From assembly GCA_964016885.1 (NCBI GenBank), contig OZ024759.1, forward strand, positions 33,852,001-33,916,000: DNA of 64,000 nt, in the 5' to 3' direction. A program made the position numbers and the translations under genes. The notes beneath the pieces are model-generated. The model had not been told where the DNA came from and searched no databases. It saw only the letters and a list, made by a program, of their open reading frames with translations. Of this stretch, positions 1 to 12,792 are shown one piece after another. Positions within the stretch are counted from its first letter, which is position 1, and each line of letters starts with the position of its first letter. The DNA is from Eledone cirrhosa (lineage: Eukaryota).

Positions 1-11
1 GCAAAAAAAAC

Positions 12-168
12 AGCAATTACCACAGGGCGTTGCTGGTACTTTCTTTTATCCACGCCGTAAGGATGAAGGTTAACCTCGGTGGGATTTGAACTCAGAATGG
101 CAAGTGCCGTAACATTATGCGTCAAAGCATGGTATCCGACCCTCTACCGATACTGCCAATCTACCGTC
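12..168 (-). mobile_element. tRNA-derived SINE, family A (Deu/Nin-like core)
   Basis: Reverse strand reads head TGGCAGTATCGGTAGAGGGTCGGA (A box), GAGTTCAAATCCC (B box), then core GAGGTTAAC..CCTTCATCCTTACGG; matches about 20 other copies in the window. Confidence 0.85.
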
Positions 169-183
169 GAACATATCATAATG

Positions 184-462
<279 letters not shown>

Positions 463-526
463 CGATTCTTTGCTTAAACTTTAATCTGTTATTTTAATTT
501 AAAAAAAAAAAAAAAAATTTTAAACA

Positions 527-604
<78 letters not shown>

Positions 605-612
605 CAGCATCG

Positions 613-667
<55 letters not shown>

Positions 668-1126
668 AATTGGAAGCAATTTAAGATCTTGGATGTGGCC
701 TTGTCATTCACACTTCAATAAAAGGAGTGAAGCGGTGATTGTTAAGTTGGAAACCAGAAATCAACAAAGCTATTGTTCAGTATGTGAATATAAAAATATT
801 TCTCTGATAATATCACAAATAATATCACAAATAATATTACTTAAACAACAACAATAACAAACATCAACCTCTTAATTTCTATGATTCTGTAACCTATTTT
901 GTTATAAGTCCACGTCAGCAACATTTTCACATTCTGTATTTATTACATTAAAATCCTACTTTTAGTTATATTTCTTCGATTGAAACGTCTAGAGGTTTTC
1001 GATAAAATGTTTGATGTTAATGCATCAGTCAAAATCATAAAAGTGTTGGATGCTGGATTGTGTAAATGGTACATATAATTGACAATTGATACAATACAAT
1101 AATATAAACAACAGTCATACTTCTTA

Positions 1127-1188
<62 letters not shown>

Positions 1189-1257
1189 AAAAAGAGATGA
1201 AATCGAAAATGCAACTGAAGTCTTATTTTAAAAAAAAATATATATATTTATTTGGTT

Positions 1258-1295
1258 CCTTTACCGGTTTCGCAGTTCTTCTGTTTTTCAAAAGG
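1258..1295 (-). ncRNA. Minimal type I hammerhead ribozyme, U3-A8 variant
   Basis: Minus strand CCTT-TTGAAAA-ACAG aagaa CTGC-GAAA-CCGG-TA-AAGG; stem I CCTT/AAGG, palindromic stem III ACCGGT, AATAAA just downstream. Confidence 0.6.
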
Positions 1296-1570
1296 TGAGT
1301 TGAGATGGAGGGTCTGTGGTTTTTCTCACATCTGGAGACCAACCAGATGTGAGAAAAACGGCCACGATTTTCTCACCTCTTTCTATTCAAACTGGCTGTA
1401 ACTGGCCACTCATATTTATGTTAAGGTATTGTTCTCAAAATAGATAATATTAAATCTCATGAATCAATATTATGTGAGATAATTGTGTGAAGTAAAGCCT
1501 TTACCACAACAATATAATAGTATATATAGAATCATGTTAATGGTAATGGGTTACCGAGCATGTGCCTAAA

Positions 1571-1730
1571 TATGAGGGTCGGATGGAAATTCCATCGGCT
1601 GACTATGATGAAGTGATGCTTGGTCTGTGAAATTTTGCATGCATACATTTCAACTGTTCTTATTAATAATTCTATTATTTCTTTCCAGAGACTATTCGGT
1701 CATTCCATGAAAGTTTCTTGGTAGGGCTAT
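1571..1730. mobile_element. Possible mariner-like DNA transposon terminal fragment
   Basis: Begins TATGAGGGTC, resembling TACGAGGG mariner termini; no ORF; weak. Confidence 0.25.
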
Positions 1731-1751
1731 GGACGTTTAAGACTATAAGAA

Positions 1752-1791
1752 GGAGAGAGAGAAAGAGATAGAGAGAGAGAGAGAGAGATAG

Positions 1792-1886
<95 letters not shown>
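1752..1886. repeat. (GA)n/(GATA)n microsatellite
   Basis: Directly visible. Confidence 0.95.
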
Positions 1887-1887
<1 letters not shown>

Positions 1888-2130
1888 GAAGAAGAAGAGG
1901 AAAAGATGAGCTGTGGAGGTTGAACGAAAATATAAAGTAATGGATCAAACAAAGAGAGAAAAAAGCAAGAGATTTAGGAAATTGAATAATGTTATAAGAA
2001 TAAGATATTAAATCGATTCTTGAAAGAAATTTACTACAGAAAGACTATGATACTACTAATACTACTAATACTATTACTACTACTTATGATAATAATAATA
2101 ACATTAATAATTATATTAACCCTATTAATA

Positions 2131-2280
2131 ATAATTGTTTCTACATTTGGCACACGGTCAGCAATTATCCAGTGCATTACTGGTACTTTATTTTATCGAC
2201 CCCGTAAGGATAAAAGGCAAAGTCAACCTCGGCGGGATTTGAACTCAATTCCTAAAGGGACGTAACTATGCTGGAAAATA
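2131..2280 (-). mobile_element. SINE family A, 5'-truncated
   Basis: Tail, core and B box match the family. Confidence 0.85.
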
Positions 2281-2312
2281 ATAGTGGCAGTTAAGTAAGA
2301 CGAGAGACGGAA

Positions 2313-2401
2313 AAGAAGAAGAAGAAGAAGAAGAAGAAGAAGAAGAAGAAGAAGACGAAGAAGAAGAAGAAGAAGAAGAAGAAGAAGAAGAAGAAGAAGA
2401 A

Positions 2402-2466
<65 letters not shown>

Positions 2467-2487
2467 ACAACAACCACAACAACAACC
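2313..2487. repeat. Compound (AAG)n(AAC)n microsatellite
   Basis: Directly visible. Confidence 0.95.
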
Positions 2488-2851
2488 ATAAAAGGGCAGC
2501 GAACAAGGCGAAGAAAAAGAATTAGCCGAAAGAAAGGAAGCAGATGAAATATAAAAAGGCACGTGAGCCAACATGTGGAGTTGACAGACGAAGGAAGAAA
2601 ATACAGGAGATTAAAGCTAATAATTAAAAAGGGGAAAAGGACAGAAAAATGAAAAAAAGAAGCAAGCTAAAAAAACTAAGAATAAATCATCTGAAATTAT
2701 TTTAATTTTCTGGAGTGAAATTTATGAAAATGACTTTAATCCAATCCACGGGAAATTTCTACAAATTCACTGACCTAATTGGCTGGTGGTAATATCTTAG
2801 TTTGTAAACATTCCTAAAAAGGAACACACTCATATATATATATACATATGC

Positions 2852-2916
<65 letters not shown>

Positions 2917-2960
2917 AGAAAAAATTTACGAAATGGAAATGCGGGTATATAGAATTTATT

Positions 2961-3077
2961 AGGTAACAATTGTTTCTATAGTGTATGAGTTACCTATACC
3001 TCGCTATTTGAATAATACACAAATATTATCAAAAACCGAAAGTACACTGTAAGCCAACACACCATGTCATCAGACCT
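2961..3077 (-). ncRNA. Type I hammerhead ribozyme with ~90-nt extended stem II
   Basis: Minus strand AGGT-CTGATGA-C[ATGGTGTG...TACACTAT]A-GAAA-C AATT G-TT-ACCT followed by AATAAA; the stem II region folds as a long irregular hairpin. Confidence 0.65.
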
Positions 3078-3479
3078 TTGTATTAGAATGATATGAAAAT
3101 ATTTTATACACTAGATAAAAGATAAAGAAGGAGGTAGGAAAAAATAGAGATGTGACACACGAGTTGTAATATATTAGTAAAAAGGAAAAGAAAGTGGTGA
3201 CAAATTTTTCCCAGTGAATAATAGTTTAATTAGGAATAAATTAGTTAGTATTCAGTTTTAGTTTTAAGTTTTTACCGGTTGTTCATGTCTTATGCTTTTC
3301 AAAACTAATTTTGAGATACATATATATATATATATATATTTATTTGCTCTACGGTTCTTATATATTTGATATATATTTATCCTTATCGAGCCCTCTTTGG
3401 ATTTTAGTCTTCAAATTTATTATTATTACTATATATATATATATATATATATATTCATTTTATTGAGGTTAAATAGTGA

Positions 3480-3530
3480 GTCGCGCTACTCTGGAGTTTC
3501 GCCTGTATATCACAGGTTTATCAGACAACC
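3480..3530 (-). ncRNA. Degenerate hammerhead ribozyme (family also at 35608-35645 and 26160-26190)
   Basis: Minus strand TTGT-CTGATAA-ACCTGT gatat ACAGGC-GAAA-CTC ca GAG-TA; G8>A; the paralogue at 35610 supplies the stem I partner ACAA. Confidence 0.5.
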
Positions 3531-3843
3531 CCACACGGTTATATATATGTATGTGTGTGTGTATGGAGTGGGTGTGTGTGTGTAAATGTGTGTGCCTGTT
3601 TAAGAATCATGTGTGCAATAATGTTTAAACATTACCAATAGGAAGGAGGTGCGCATATTTGACCCTTCATTAAGGCGGTGAACTGAGAGAATGGTTAACC
3701 TTCTTTGGAAAATTATCCTAACCTTGACGAGTGCCTGTCTTAGACACTGATTTCCTCAACACTATATGAACCCCAGATAAAACACAACACAATGAGCTCT
3801 TTCATTCCATCAGACGTTAGATTTAAACGAAAGGACAGCTCTT

Positions 3844-4038
3844 AATAATTGTTTCTACTATTGGTACAAGGCCAGCAATTATCCCATGCATTACTGGTAC
3901 TTTATTTTATCGACACCCGTATGGATGAAAGGCAAGGTTAACCTCGGCGGAATTTGAACTCAGAATGACAAGGGCCGTAACTGTATGCTGAAAATCATGG
4001 CGTCCGACCCTCTACCAATACTCCCAATTCACCGCCCT
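3844..4038 (-). mobile_element. SINE family A, full length
   Basis: Head with A/B boxes, core and tail all present. Confidence 0.9.
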
Positions 4039-4804
4039 CAATAATAAACCTTCAGCTCTAATCTTTGTCCATTCTATTCCTCATCTACCCCTTATCACGT
4101 TATGCTACAATAACAGGTCAATACCCGTTCCCTTATTTTATGCATTTAACGGGGCCATAATCTGAAGTTCACATTACTGAACTCACCCCTTCATTATTTC
4201 ACTATTAGACGGGCTTAGAAGAAAGAAAGAAGGATATAAAGAAGGAAAGAAAGAATGAATGAAATGATAGAAAACCCTTAAAAAGGTATTAGTTTGAACA
4301 ACTATTCGATACACCTCTGTCACATTAATTCTCCAATTTCTGGACATTAGGAGCCTGTCTAAAATTCCCGATCGCGATCTATGTGATATAGAATAGAATT
4401 TCATTTAAATTGGTTTGAAATATTTCCTAATGTTATTAATGAAATAAGAGTTGCCAGGCAATTTACTTGTAAAGATATGAGATTAAATTTTATTCTTAGA
4501 TAAAAACCCAAAAAAAAAAATTGAGTAAAAAATATAATAGAAAAATATCTAAGACAAACAAAAAAAAAACACGAATGAAAATAAATAGAAACTTTACCTC
4601 CATTTATTCTAATCGTTTCGTTCGAGGTTAATTAGAACATTATTAATTTAATTAATTTTAGTTTAAATTTTTCTAGCCAAAAACTTGTTCAATTTTGAAC
4701 AGACACTTCTCTCGATTCGTTGTCTCTTTGAAATTTAAGAATTTCTACTTAGTTTAAGTTAATTCTAAATTAATGTAACTCTTTATTTTGTTTACGATAT
4801 ATAA

Positions 4805-4843
<39 letters not shown>

Positions 4844-4928
4844 ACCACATATTTCTGTATCTCTCTCTATAAATATGTGTATGTATATACAAACACACAC
4901 AAACACACACATGTATATATATATATAC

Positions 4929-4972
<44 letters not shown>

Positions 4973-5522
4973 TTATATATAGGTATATATGTATGTATAT
5001 ATTTAATTAGGCAGTTTTAGTTTTTTGTTGTTTCTTTAATTAATTTTCTATGGTGAAAATCTCCCATTAGACAAGACAAATCAATCACTTTGCTAATCAC
5101 TATAACTATTGGCTCGCTTAATACAATAACAAGCGAGTTGAAATAAAAAACGATAAAAACGAAATTTAGAATGAATTTCGTCTCGGGAGATTTACAAGGT
5201 CAAAACAACGGTTAGAGAATATAAAGTCTGTTTTGAGCAATTTGTATAGGAATTTAAAAAATTTAAATCTTTAGAAATTTATTGTTGATTCTATCTAAGT
5301 TTTTGTTTGTTTGTATATATGATTTTTTTTTTTAATACTTAATTTTCTGCTGTTGGTCAACGTTCGTTGCTAACTCTAATTCAGGAAAACTCGTCACCAG
5401 AAAAAATAAAATCAATCGGTTTGAAATATTTAGATTGTAACTGTTTTATCGTCTTTAATGTTCAACGAATCGTGCTTTAGCTGTTGGACCGTTAGATTAA
5501 ATTACTTTCGCTGTTTCTTCAG

Positions 5523-5621
5523 GCGCTTTACAATCTGCGTTCAAATACAACGGAGGCCACATTTGGCATAGTTTTAATGTTCGCTTTATTTTCTGCATTA
5601 GGAAATAAGGTACTATACAAG
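5523..5621 (+). CDS. Candidate 99-nt phase 0-0 internal exon (ALYNLRSNTTEATFGIVLMFALFSALGNKVLYK), hydrophobic segment, product unknown
   Basis: Pyrimidine-rich acceptor TTTCGCTGTTTCTTCAG, donor AAG/GTGAGA, only one open frame, non-repetitive context; no partner exons identified. Confidence 0.35.
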
Positions 5622-5683
5622 GTGAGAGTATTGCTGAAATTGTTAGTGAAATAGCTGGGCTGTGTGACAGTGCACATACACAC

Positions 5684-5791
5684 ATCCCGCCGAGGTTAAC
5701 TTTGCATTTCATCCTTACGGGGTCGATAAAATAAAGTACCAGTAATGTACTACGATAATTGCTGGCCTGGTGCCAAAAGTAGAAACAATTA
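5684..5791 (+). mobile_element. SINE family A, 3' half
   Basis: ATCCCGCCGAGGTTAACTTTGC...GTCGATAAAATAAAGTACCAG...GTGCCAAAAGTAGAAACAATT. Confidence 0.9.
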
Positions 5792-5805
5792 TATATATAT
5801 ATATA

Positions 5806-5945
5806 ATGAGTTCGGATCTAGCTGTCGAAACAACCGGAGCTCAGCCGTCAGGGTCCTGAACTTTTTTCCTATTACTCACACTACTATTCTAAGTATCTGG
5901 TGCGTTATGGTCCACCTGGTTCCTTACCACACTTTCTTTGTTATA
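5806..5945 (+). mobile_element. TA-targeted element family B, degenerate copy
   Basis: CTAGCTGTCGAAAC...GCCGTCAGGGTCC...GGTGCGTTATGGTCCACCTGGTTCCTTACCAC beside (TA)n. Confidence 0.75.
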
Positions 5946-5952
5946 CACACAA

Positions 5953-5997
<45 letters not shown>

Positions 5998-6002
5998 ATT
6001 AT

Positions 6003-6105
6003 CGGTATCGATCGTGTCAGACTTATGGAATCCATAGCTCATCGAGCTTATAGTTTCCTTAATGACAGGAGATATCCTCCTCCCTAATCTTCGTTGTTAT
6101 TATCA
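6003..6105. repeat. Unclassified dispersed repeat (inverted copy at 61700-61795)
   Basis: ATCGATCGTGTCAGACT...AGTTTCCTTAATGACAGGAGATAT matches the reverse complement of 61720-61795. Confidence 0.7.
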
Positions 6106-6250
6106 TTATTATTAAGACTAGATTCTGCTTCATGAGTATACCGACTATGGTGTAAAACGTCTCATCTAGACATCGTGTGTGCAACTAGTGAATCACCAGT
6201 AAATTAAAGTTACACGCCCATAAACGACACACACACAATATCACACACAC

Positions 6251-6300
<50 letters not shown>

Positions 6301-6600
6301 GCGATGAAATACCAATGATGGTTGGCAAATCACTGACGAAGGACTATTTTTATCATATGTAACCCATGTGCAAACCACGCAGCATTCTTCTTTCTTCTAA
6401 TGTTTTATATATATATATATATATGAGAGAGGGATAGAGAGAAAGAAAGGGAGGGAGATAGACGTAGAGCTAGCAATGGTTCTGCTCCAAATGTAAAGAT
6501 TCAATAGGTAAATTTTACAGGTTCTTTGAACACTATCATGATTTTATTAGTGTAGTGTAAAATAAGATTAATCTATATGTATATATATATATATGTGTGT

Positions 6601-6637
<37 letters not shown>

Positions 6638-7116
6638 AATGACTAGAAACATATATATATATATGTGTGTATATATATAAGTATAGTAGTGAAAAACTGC
6701 TATATACAATTTCAAACTTGCACTAAATTAAAGTAAGTTGAATTGATATTTTACTGACATGTCGTTGCTGCTGTTGCTGTTTTTGTTGTTGTCGTCGTCG
6801 TTTATTTTGTTGTTGTCATTCTGGGTTTTATATATATACCAGTATTATTTTTTTCTTTTGGTTTCCTTCCTAGCAATCTCCTCCTACATATATATTTCGG
6901 TGTATGTTCACCTTCCTCTCCTCATATTTCTTTTCTTTCACGTTCACACTACTCAGATTCATTTACCTACCAAGCTCTTCTTATTACATAAATTTCAGAA
7001 AAATCATTATATTCTATTCTCAATACATTTCACTGAAAAGTTTTTCAATGAAATATTAATTTACAGATAGCTTTTGAAGATTTCTTTACCAATCTTCTCT
7101 TTATATATATATATAC

Positions 7117-7168
<52 letters not shown>

Positions 7169-7404
7169 ATAATAATAACAAACATTAATAAATAAAATCT
7201 ACTATATATATATACATATATGCACATGTACATATACACACACACAGGCACATGTATATAAACACACACATATATATATATAGCAATAATAATAATAAAT
7301 ATATATACATATATATATATATGAATACATATACATATATATATATATATATACATATATATATACGCATATATATATACATATATATATATACACATAT
7401 ATAC

Positions 7405-7513
<109 letters not shown>

Positions 7514-7754
7514 AATGGAAAACATGAAATTTCATTTCTCACTCTTAGTACGGCTGATACTTAAATATAAGTATGTATACAGACGTACAGTAGTATGTAT
7601 ATACATACATGCACATATATATATATATGTTAACGTATGGGTTTACCGAACATTTATTATAATGCACGGTTTGTTTGTAAACAAACAGCCCGAATTATTA
7701 GCCGTAAAATGTTCGGCAACCATCGTTGCCATTTTGTTCAACACTGAAAAGGAA

Positions 7755-7795
7755 CGATTAACTAGTTTCTAGCTTATTAGCTGTCATCAGCACCG
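7755..7795 (-). ncRNA. Minimal hammerhead-like motif
   Basis: Minus strand CGGTG-CTGATGA-C AGCT aata AGCT A-GAAA-C TA G-TT-AATCG; palindromic stem III ACTAGT; first stem I pair mismatched. Confidence 0.5.
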
Positions 7796-7814
7796 TATAC
7801 CTTCCTGTTTAGTT

Positions 7815-7938
7815 GATTGAACGTTTGAAAGTATATACTTTCCTTATGCATATTAACGGCTGAGCAAACTAATTTGCATATCGAGTGAGTCAGCCGTTAC
7901 TATGCATAAGGAGAGTATATACTTTCAAACGTTCAATC
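7815..7938. repeat. Fold-back palindrome (~50-bp arms) inside a larger inverted-repeat block ~7570-8000
   Basis: GATTGAACGTTTGAAAGTATATAC...GTATATACTTTCAAACGTTCAATC; outer inverted repeat TGTATACAGACGTACAGTAG / CTACTGTACGTCTGTATACA. Confidence 0.85.
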
Positions 7939-8606
7939 ATATGTACGTATATGTGTGCATGTATGTATGTATATACATACTACTGTACGTCTGTATACAT
8001 ATATGAATGGAAGTATACATACTTATATTTATATATACATATATATATATAAATTCTCTCTCTATATAAACTTTATAGCAGAATATTTTCTAGTTACTTC
8101 TACCATACCATATATTTTTTTCTATGTTATATATTGTCAAGTCTTCCTTACACGTTTCCATACTTTTTACATTATGTTTTTGTAAATTATATGATATATA
8201 TATTTATTTATTTTATCCACAAATATTTACGACCATATATTTTTATAAGTGCATGAAAGCTTCTGTGGTGGCATATACAGGCATAGTGTATTTGTGTGTA
8301 TGAGTATATATGTATATGAGTTTATGTGTATGCGTCTGTTTGCATACATGTGTAGCTATCTACATGTATACATCTGAGTGTATGCGTCTTTCTGTATACG
8401 TCTATGTGTAAGCATCTATATATATGCATATATGTGTATGCGTCTTTCTGTAAACGTCCATGTGTATGATCTACGTGTGTTGGTGCCTACGCATGTATAT
8501 GTGAGTGCGTATGAATATTTACATGTCAGCCTAGGCGGCTGGCAGGTGTGTTTTTGTACATATGTTTTGCGTCACGTTATTTCTGGTTGTATAATATATG
8601 TGTGTG

Positions 8607-8655
<49 letters not shown>

Positions 8656-8659
8656 TATA

Positions 8660-8880
8660 TAAAATAAAGTTAAATAAAAGTCAAATGATTAAAATTTAGC
8701 TTCGTTTATTACTGCTATATATATTTCAGTGACAGCCATCTTTGGCTGTGACCTCTTCAGGCAGTTTGAATTAGTATGGTATAGACAAGTACATATGTTG
8801 TTTAGGTGTATGATATTGTCAATACTCTGATATGCCCAGTTCCTTGTTGGGTTGTTAATTCACTGGGGAACTGGAGTCAT
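8660..8880 (-). mobile_element. TA-embedded pLTR-like element, family C
   Basis: Flanked by (TA)n on both sides; contains a hammerhead followed by AATAAA. Confidence 0.65.
8711..8765 (-). ncRNA. Minimal type I hammerhead ribozyme, intact core
   Basis: ACTGC-CTGAAGA-GGTCACAGCCA aaga TGGCTGTCACT-GAAA-T ATAT A-TA-GCAGT; perfect 5-bp stem I, AUA cleavage triplet, palindromic loop III. Confidence 0.8.
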
Positions 8881-8896
8881 ATATATATATATATAT

Positions 8897-9032
8897 ATCC
8901 TTTGTGATCCTGACTCTATCTTGTGTACTTTTGAAGAAGGGCTAAAACCCGCACGTCGAAATTGTCTTCCCCTTCTCAATATAAATCTAGAAACTAATAA
9001 GGTGTTTCTATATCTGCTTTGTCGTTTCCTTG

Positions 9033-9036
<4 letters not shown>
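8897..9036 (+). mobile_element. TA-embedded Penelope-like pLTR fragment with degenerate hammerhead (related copy 25443-25560, minus)
   Basis: TTGAAGAAGGG ctaaaa CCC gcACGTC resembles the Penelope motif CTGAAGAAGGG..CCCGAAACGTC; shared downstream CAATATAAA..GAAACTAATAAG. Confidence 0.5.
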
Positions 9037-9100
<64 letters not shown>

Positions 9101-9250
9101 GTATTTATATATATATAAATATATATAAATATATTTATCTCAATTTTATAGTTCTGGTATGTAAAATTAATACCATAGAACAACCACTGTATCATAGACA
9201 CCTTATATATTTCCAGGGGTACTTAGTCCTGTGGGGATATCAACTTCTTT

Positions 9251-9283
<33 letters not shown>

Positions 9284-9479
9284 TGTCGTAGAATCGTATT
9301 CCACGGGACTAGAATTATTTCAGGCTTAAGAAAGATTTCTTACGAATGAAACAGCTTTAGTCTTGTACAGGTCGTTTCCTTAATACAATAAGATACCAAT
9401 ACAATACTAAAGTTTTCAGCTACTATTCTATCTGCGGTCACCTCTAACAACGGAAGTCTAGCTAAGCACACGCACTCAC

Positions 9480-9578
<99 letters not shown>

Positions 9579-9856
9579 ATTTATATATATATATATACAT
9601 GCCCTGGAGATGGGTAGACACTTGTTTGTATATTTACTTAATATTACGATAATATATGAAAATTTACATGTATCGTATGTATACATCTCAAACTTATAAC
9701 ATAATTCTACTTCGTTTTGTATTTCATGTGACAGAAAGAGAAGATATATCTGGTTTATAGAACAGACACAGGTGGTGTCTTCATACGTATATACATTGCA
9801 TAGTCCAATATATATATACATATAATGCCAATCATTGTAAGTTTGAATCTGACATA

Positions 9857-9894
<38 letters not shown>

Positions 9895-9897
<3 letters not shown>

Positions 9898-10086
9898 TTG
9901 TTTCTACTTTTGGCACAAGGCCAGCAATTACCCAGTGCATTACTGGTACTTTATTTTATCGACCCCGTAAGGATGAAAGGCAAAGTCAACCTCGGCGGGA
10001 TTTGAACTCAGATCGTAAAGGGACATAACTATGCTGGAAAGCATGGCGTCTGACCCTCTACCGATATTGCCAATCCACCGCCCTTA
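9895..10086 (-). mobile_element. SINE family A, full length, within (TA)n
   Basis: Near-consensus head, core and tail. Confidence 0.9.
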
Positions 10087-10129
10087 TATATATATATATA
10101 TATTAATGATAGCAGATTCAAATATCACC

Positions 10130-10223
<94 letters not shown>

Positions 10224-10444
10224 AAGAGAGAGGGTGAGGAGAAGGTGAGGGCTCAACAGAAATGAAATATTGATTGCAGATAGATGTGAAACAAAGCGAC
10301 GATGAAGTTTATGGAACACCCAAATGATTTAGAAGTCGACCTTAAGTAGGAGCAAAAACATTAAGAAAGACAGAAACGTCACCAGATGCTTTTGTTTTGA
10401 AAATGTTGAAAGTAGGTTGATAAGTATGAATTACTACAAAAGAT

Positions 10445-10684
10445 CTTTGTAGTTGTCTCTGTGGCCGAGCAGTAAGGACTAGAGACGTTGGAGATCCTGG
10501 CCTAGGGTTCACTCCTGGTCGAGAAGTACACGTAACCTTTTTCAGTTTTTATTTTACAACCCATAGAAAAAAAATAAACTGAGAAGGTTCACCGGTCACC
10601 CTACTACCGAACAGGATCGAACTTCAGACGCGGATTACCACCGTCTACAATTCCTCCAACTCGGCCACCGGGACAGCTACAAAA
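10445..10684. mobile_element. Fold-back element made of two convergent tRNA-like heads
   Basis: Left: TTTGTAGTTGTCTCTGTGGCCGAG...GGTTCACTCC; right reverse complement: TTTGTAGCTGTCCCGGTGGCCGAG...GTTCGATCC; inner T-rich arms also complementary. Confidence 0.6.
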
Positions 10685-10807
10685 GTATAATGAAAATCGA
10701 TAACTATAAACCTACTTTCAAAGTTTAAAAGATGTGGTGGTGTTCATGACTTTCCTCGAGCTCTTAGACATATTTAGGGTCTTTGGTAACATCGTTATTT
10801 TCCTATA

Positions 10808-10862
<55 letters not shown>

Positions 10863-10915
10863 CTTAATAAAGCGTGTATATGTGTATATATATATATATG
10901 CATACTTCATTAAGC

Positions 10916-10992
<77 letters not shown>

Positions 10993-10997
<5 letters not shown>

Positions 10998-11192
10998 CAA
11001 ATGAATTGTGGTAAGGAACCAGATGGACACTAACGCACGAGAATACTCATTACTTAGAGTAGTAGAGTAGCAAATAGGAAAAAGTATGACCCCGACGGCA
11101 GAGCTCAAGCCGTTTTGACGGCTATTTCTGGACTGCAGAAATAGCCGTCGAAACGGCTTGAGCTCTGCCGTCCGGGTCATACTTTTTACTAT
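10993..11192 (-). mobile_element. Family B palindromic TA-targeted element
   Basis: ~55-bp inverted arms plus unique tail, bounded by (TA)n. Confidence 0.9.
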
Positions 11193-11855
11193 ATATATTT
11201 ATATATATATATATATATATATATAGATATATATACATACTTAATAAAACGTGTACATATACTTAATAAAATGTATATACATATATACATATGTATATAT
11301 ATATGTGTGTGTGTGCGCGTTTCTCTGCCTGTATATTTACGTGTGGGTCTTTGTATCTGCGTATGTGCGTATCTGTGTGTGCGGGGGGTGAGTGTGTGTA
11401 TTTGTCAATACCTTAAATCTCTACTAAAAGACTTTTACTGAAATCTGACATAATTAAATGGTTCCAGCCATCACCATCCTTTACCAAAATACCAATCTCT
11501 TCCTTTACGTCCATTTCATTATAGAACAACAACTAACCTATGAGATATTAAAATTAGCTTGAAGCATTAAAAGATTACATGAAATATTAAAATATTCTTG
11601 AAGAAAAGATATTCCTGGAGATTCCATTAATATGATTAAAATCTGGCATTCATGTAAACCACATTTTAAAACAACACGAAAGATCGAAAATATCAGCATA
11701 TATTCTCTGGACTAAAACCACGTGCTAGATAAGGGAAATTAAACCCCGACGAGCAGTTCCTAGCGAACAGGAATGTTTTAGTAATGAGACCCGTATAAAA
11801 AAATTACATAGTTCCTTTTTCTCCTTCAAACGTTGGTCAATTACATTATATATAT

Positions 11856-11901
<46 letters not shown>

Positions 11902-12197
11902 TCACACACACACACAGACACACACACGCACATATATATATATATATATTCACACACACACACATAAATATATATATATATATATGTATACACACACACA
12001 AACATATATACATACAGAGAGAGAGAGAGGGAGATGGAGAGAAATAGAGAGAGAGAGAACAAAGGAGAGAGGGAGATGGAGAGGGAGGGAGAATATCAAT
12101 GTGTCTACATTCTCCGTCTGAACATAAAATATATATATTTCTTCTGTCTTCCCGTTTGAGTACAGCTTTCCCTTTTCACATCTGAGGATATTGCTGC

Positions 12198-12232
<35 letters not shown>

Positions 12233-12310
12233 CGATATATTAACAAATGGAAACTATATTTTCAAGGACACCAAGTCAAATTATGGTGCGCTTTCATCAC
12301 ATAAAATATA

Positions 12311-12494
12311 ATAATTGCTACTTTAGGCACAAGGCCAGCAATTACCCAGTGCATTACTGGTACTTTATTTTATCGACCCCGTAAAGATGAAAGGCAAAGT
12401 CAACCTCGGCGGGATTTGAACTCAAATCGTAAAGGGACGTAACTATGCTGGAAAGCATGGCTTCCGACCCTCTACCGATACTGCCAATCCACCG
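12311..12494 (-). mobile_element. SINE family A with TSD ATAAAATATAATA
   Basis: Near full length; direct repeat at 12301-12313 and 12495-12507. Confidence 0.9.
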
Positions 12495-12630
12495 ATAAAA
12501 TATAATATAATATAGATCAGTTTTATAAATAAATATTGACATACCCTTAAAGAATGCGACCATTTCTGTTGGAAGCTCCCGGATATATAAATATTTGCTT
12601 GTTGTATTCCAACAATTTAAATATAACTTC

Positions 12631-12708
<78 letters not shown>

Positions 12709-12792
12709 CAACGAAACATAAGTACCTGTTTATGTCACTTATATATAAACATATATACATAGATAGATAGATAGTTAGATAGAGAGATAGAT

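Noticed and set aside
667-779. Possible exon [17 protein letters not shown]...
   Set aside because: The acceptor AG lies at the end of a TA tract with no polypyrimidine tract; peptide not recognised
9895-10086. Functional tRNA genes
   Set aside because: A/B boxes belong to SINE heads with over-long spacing and no complete cloverleaf
11743-11782. Hammerhead-like CCGACGA-GC..GC-GAA motif (similar weak hits near 26321, 35435 and 36437)
   Set aside because: Two or more core mismatches and no convincing stem I; indistinguishable from chance without paralogues
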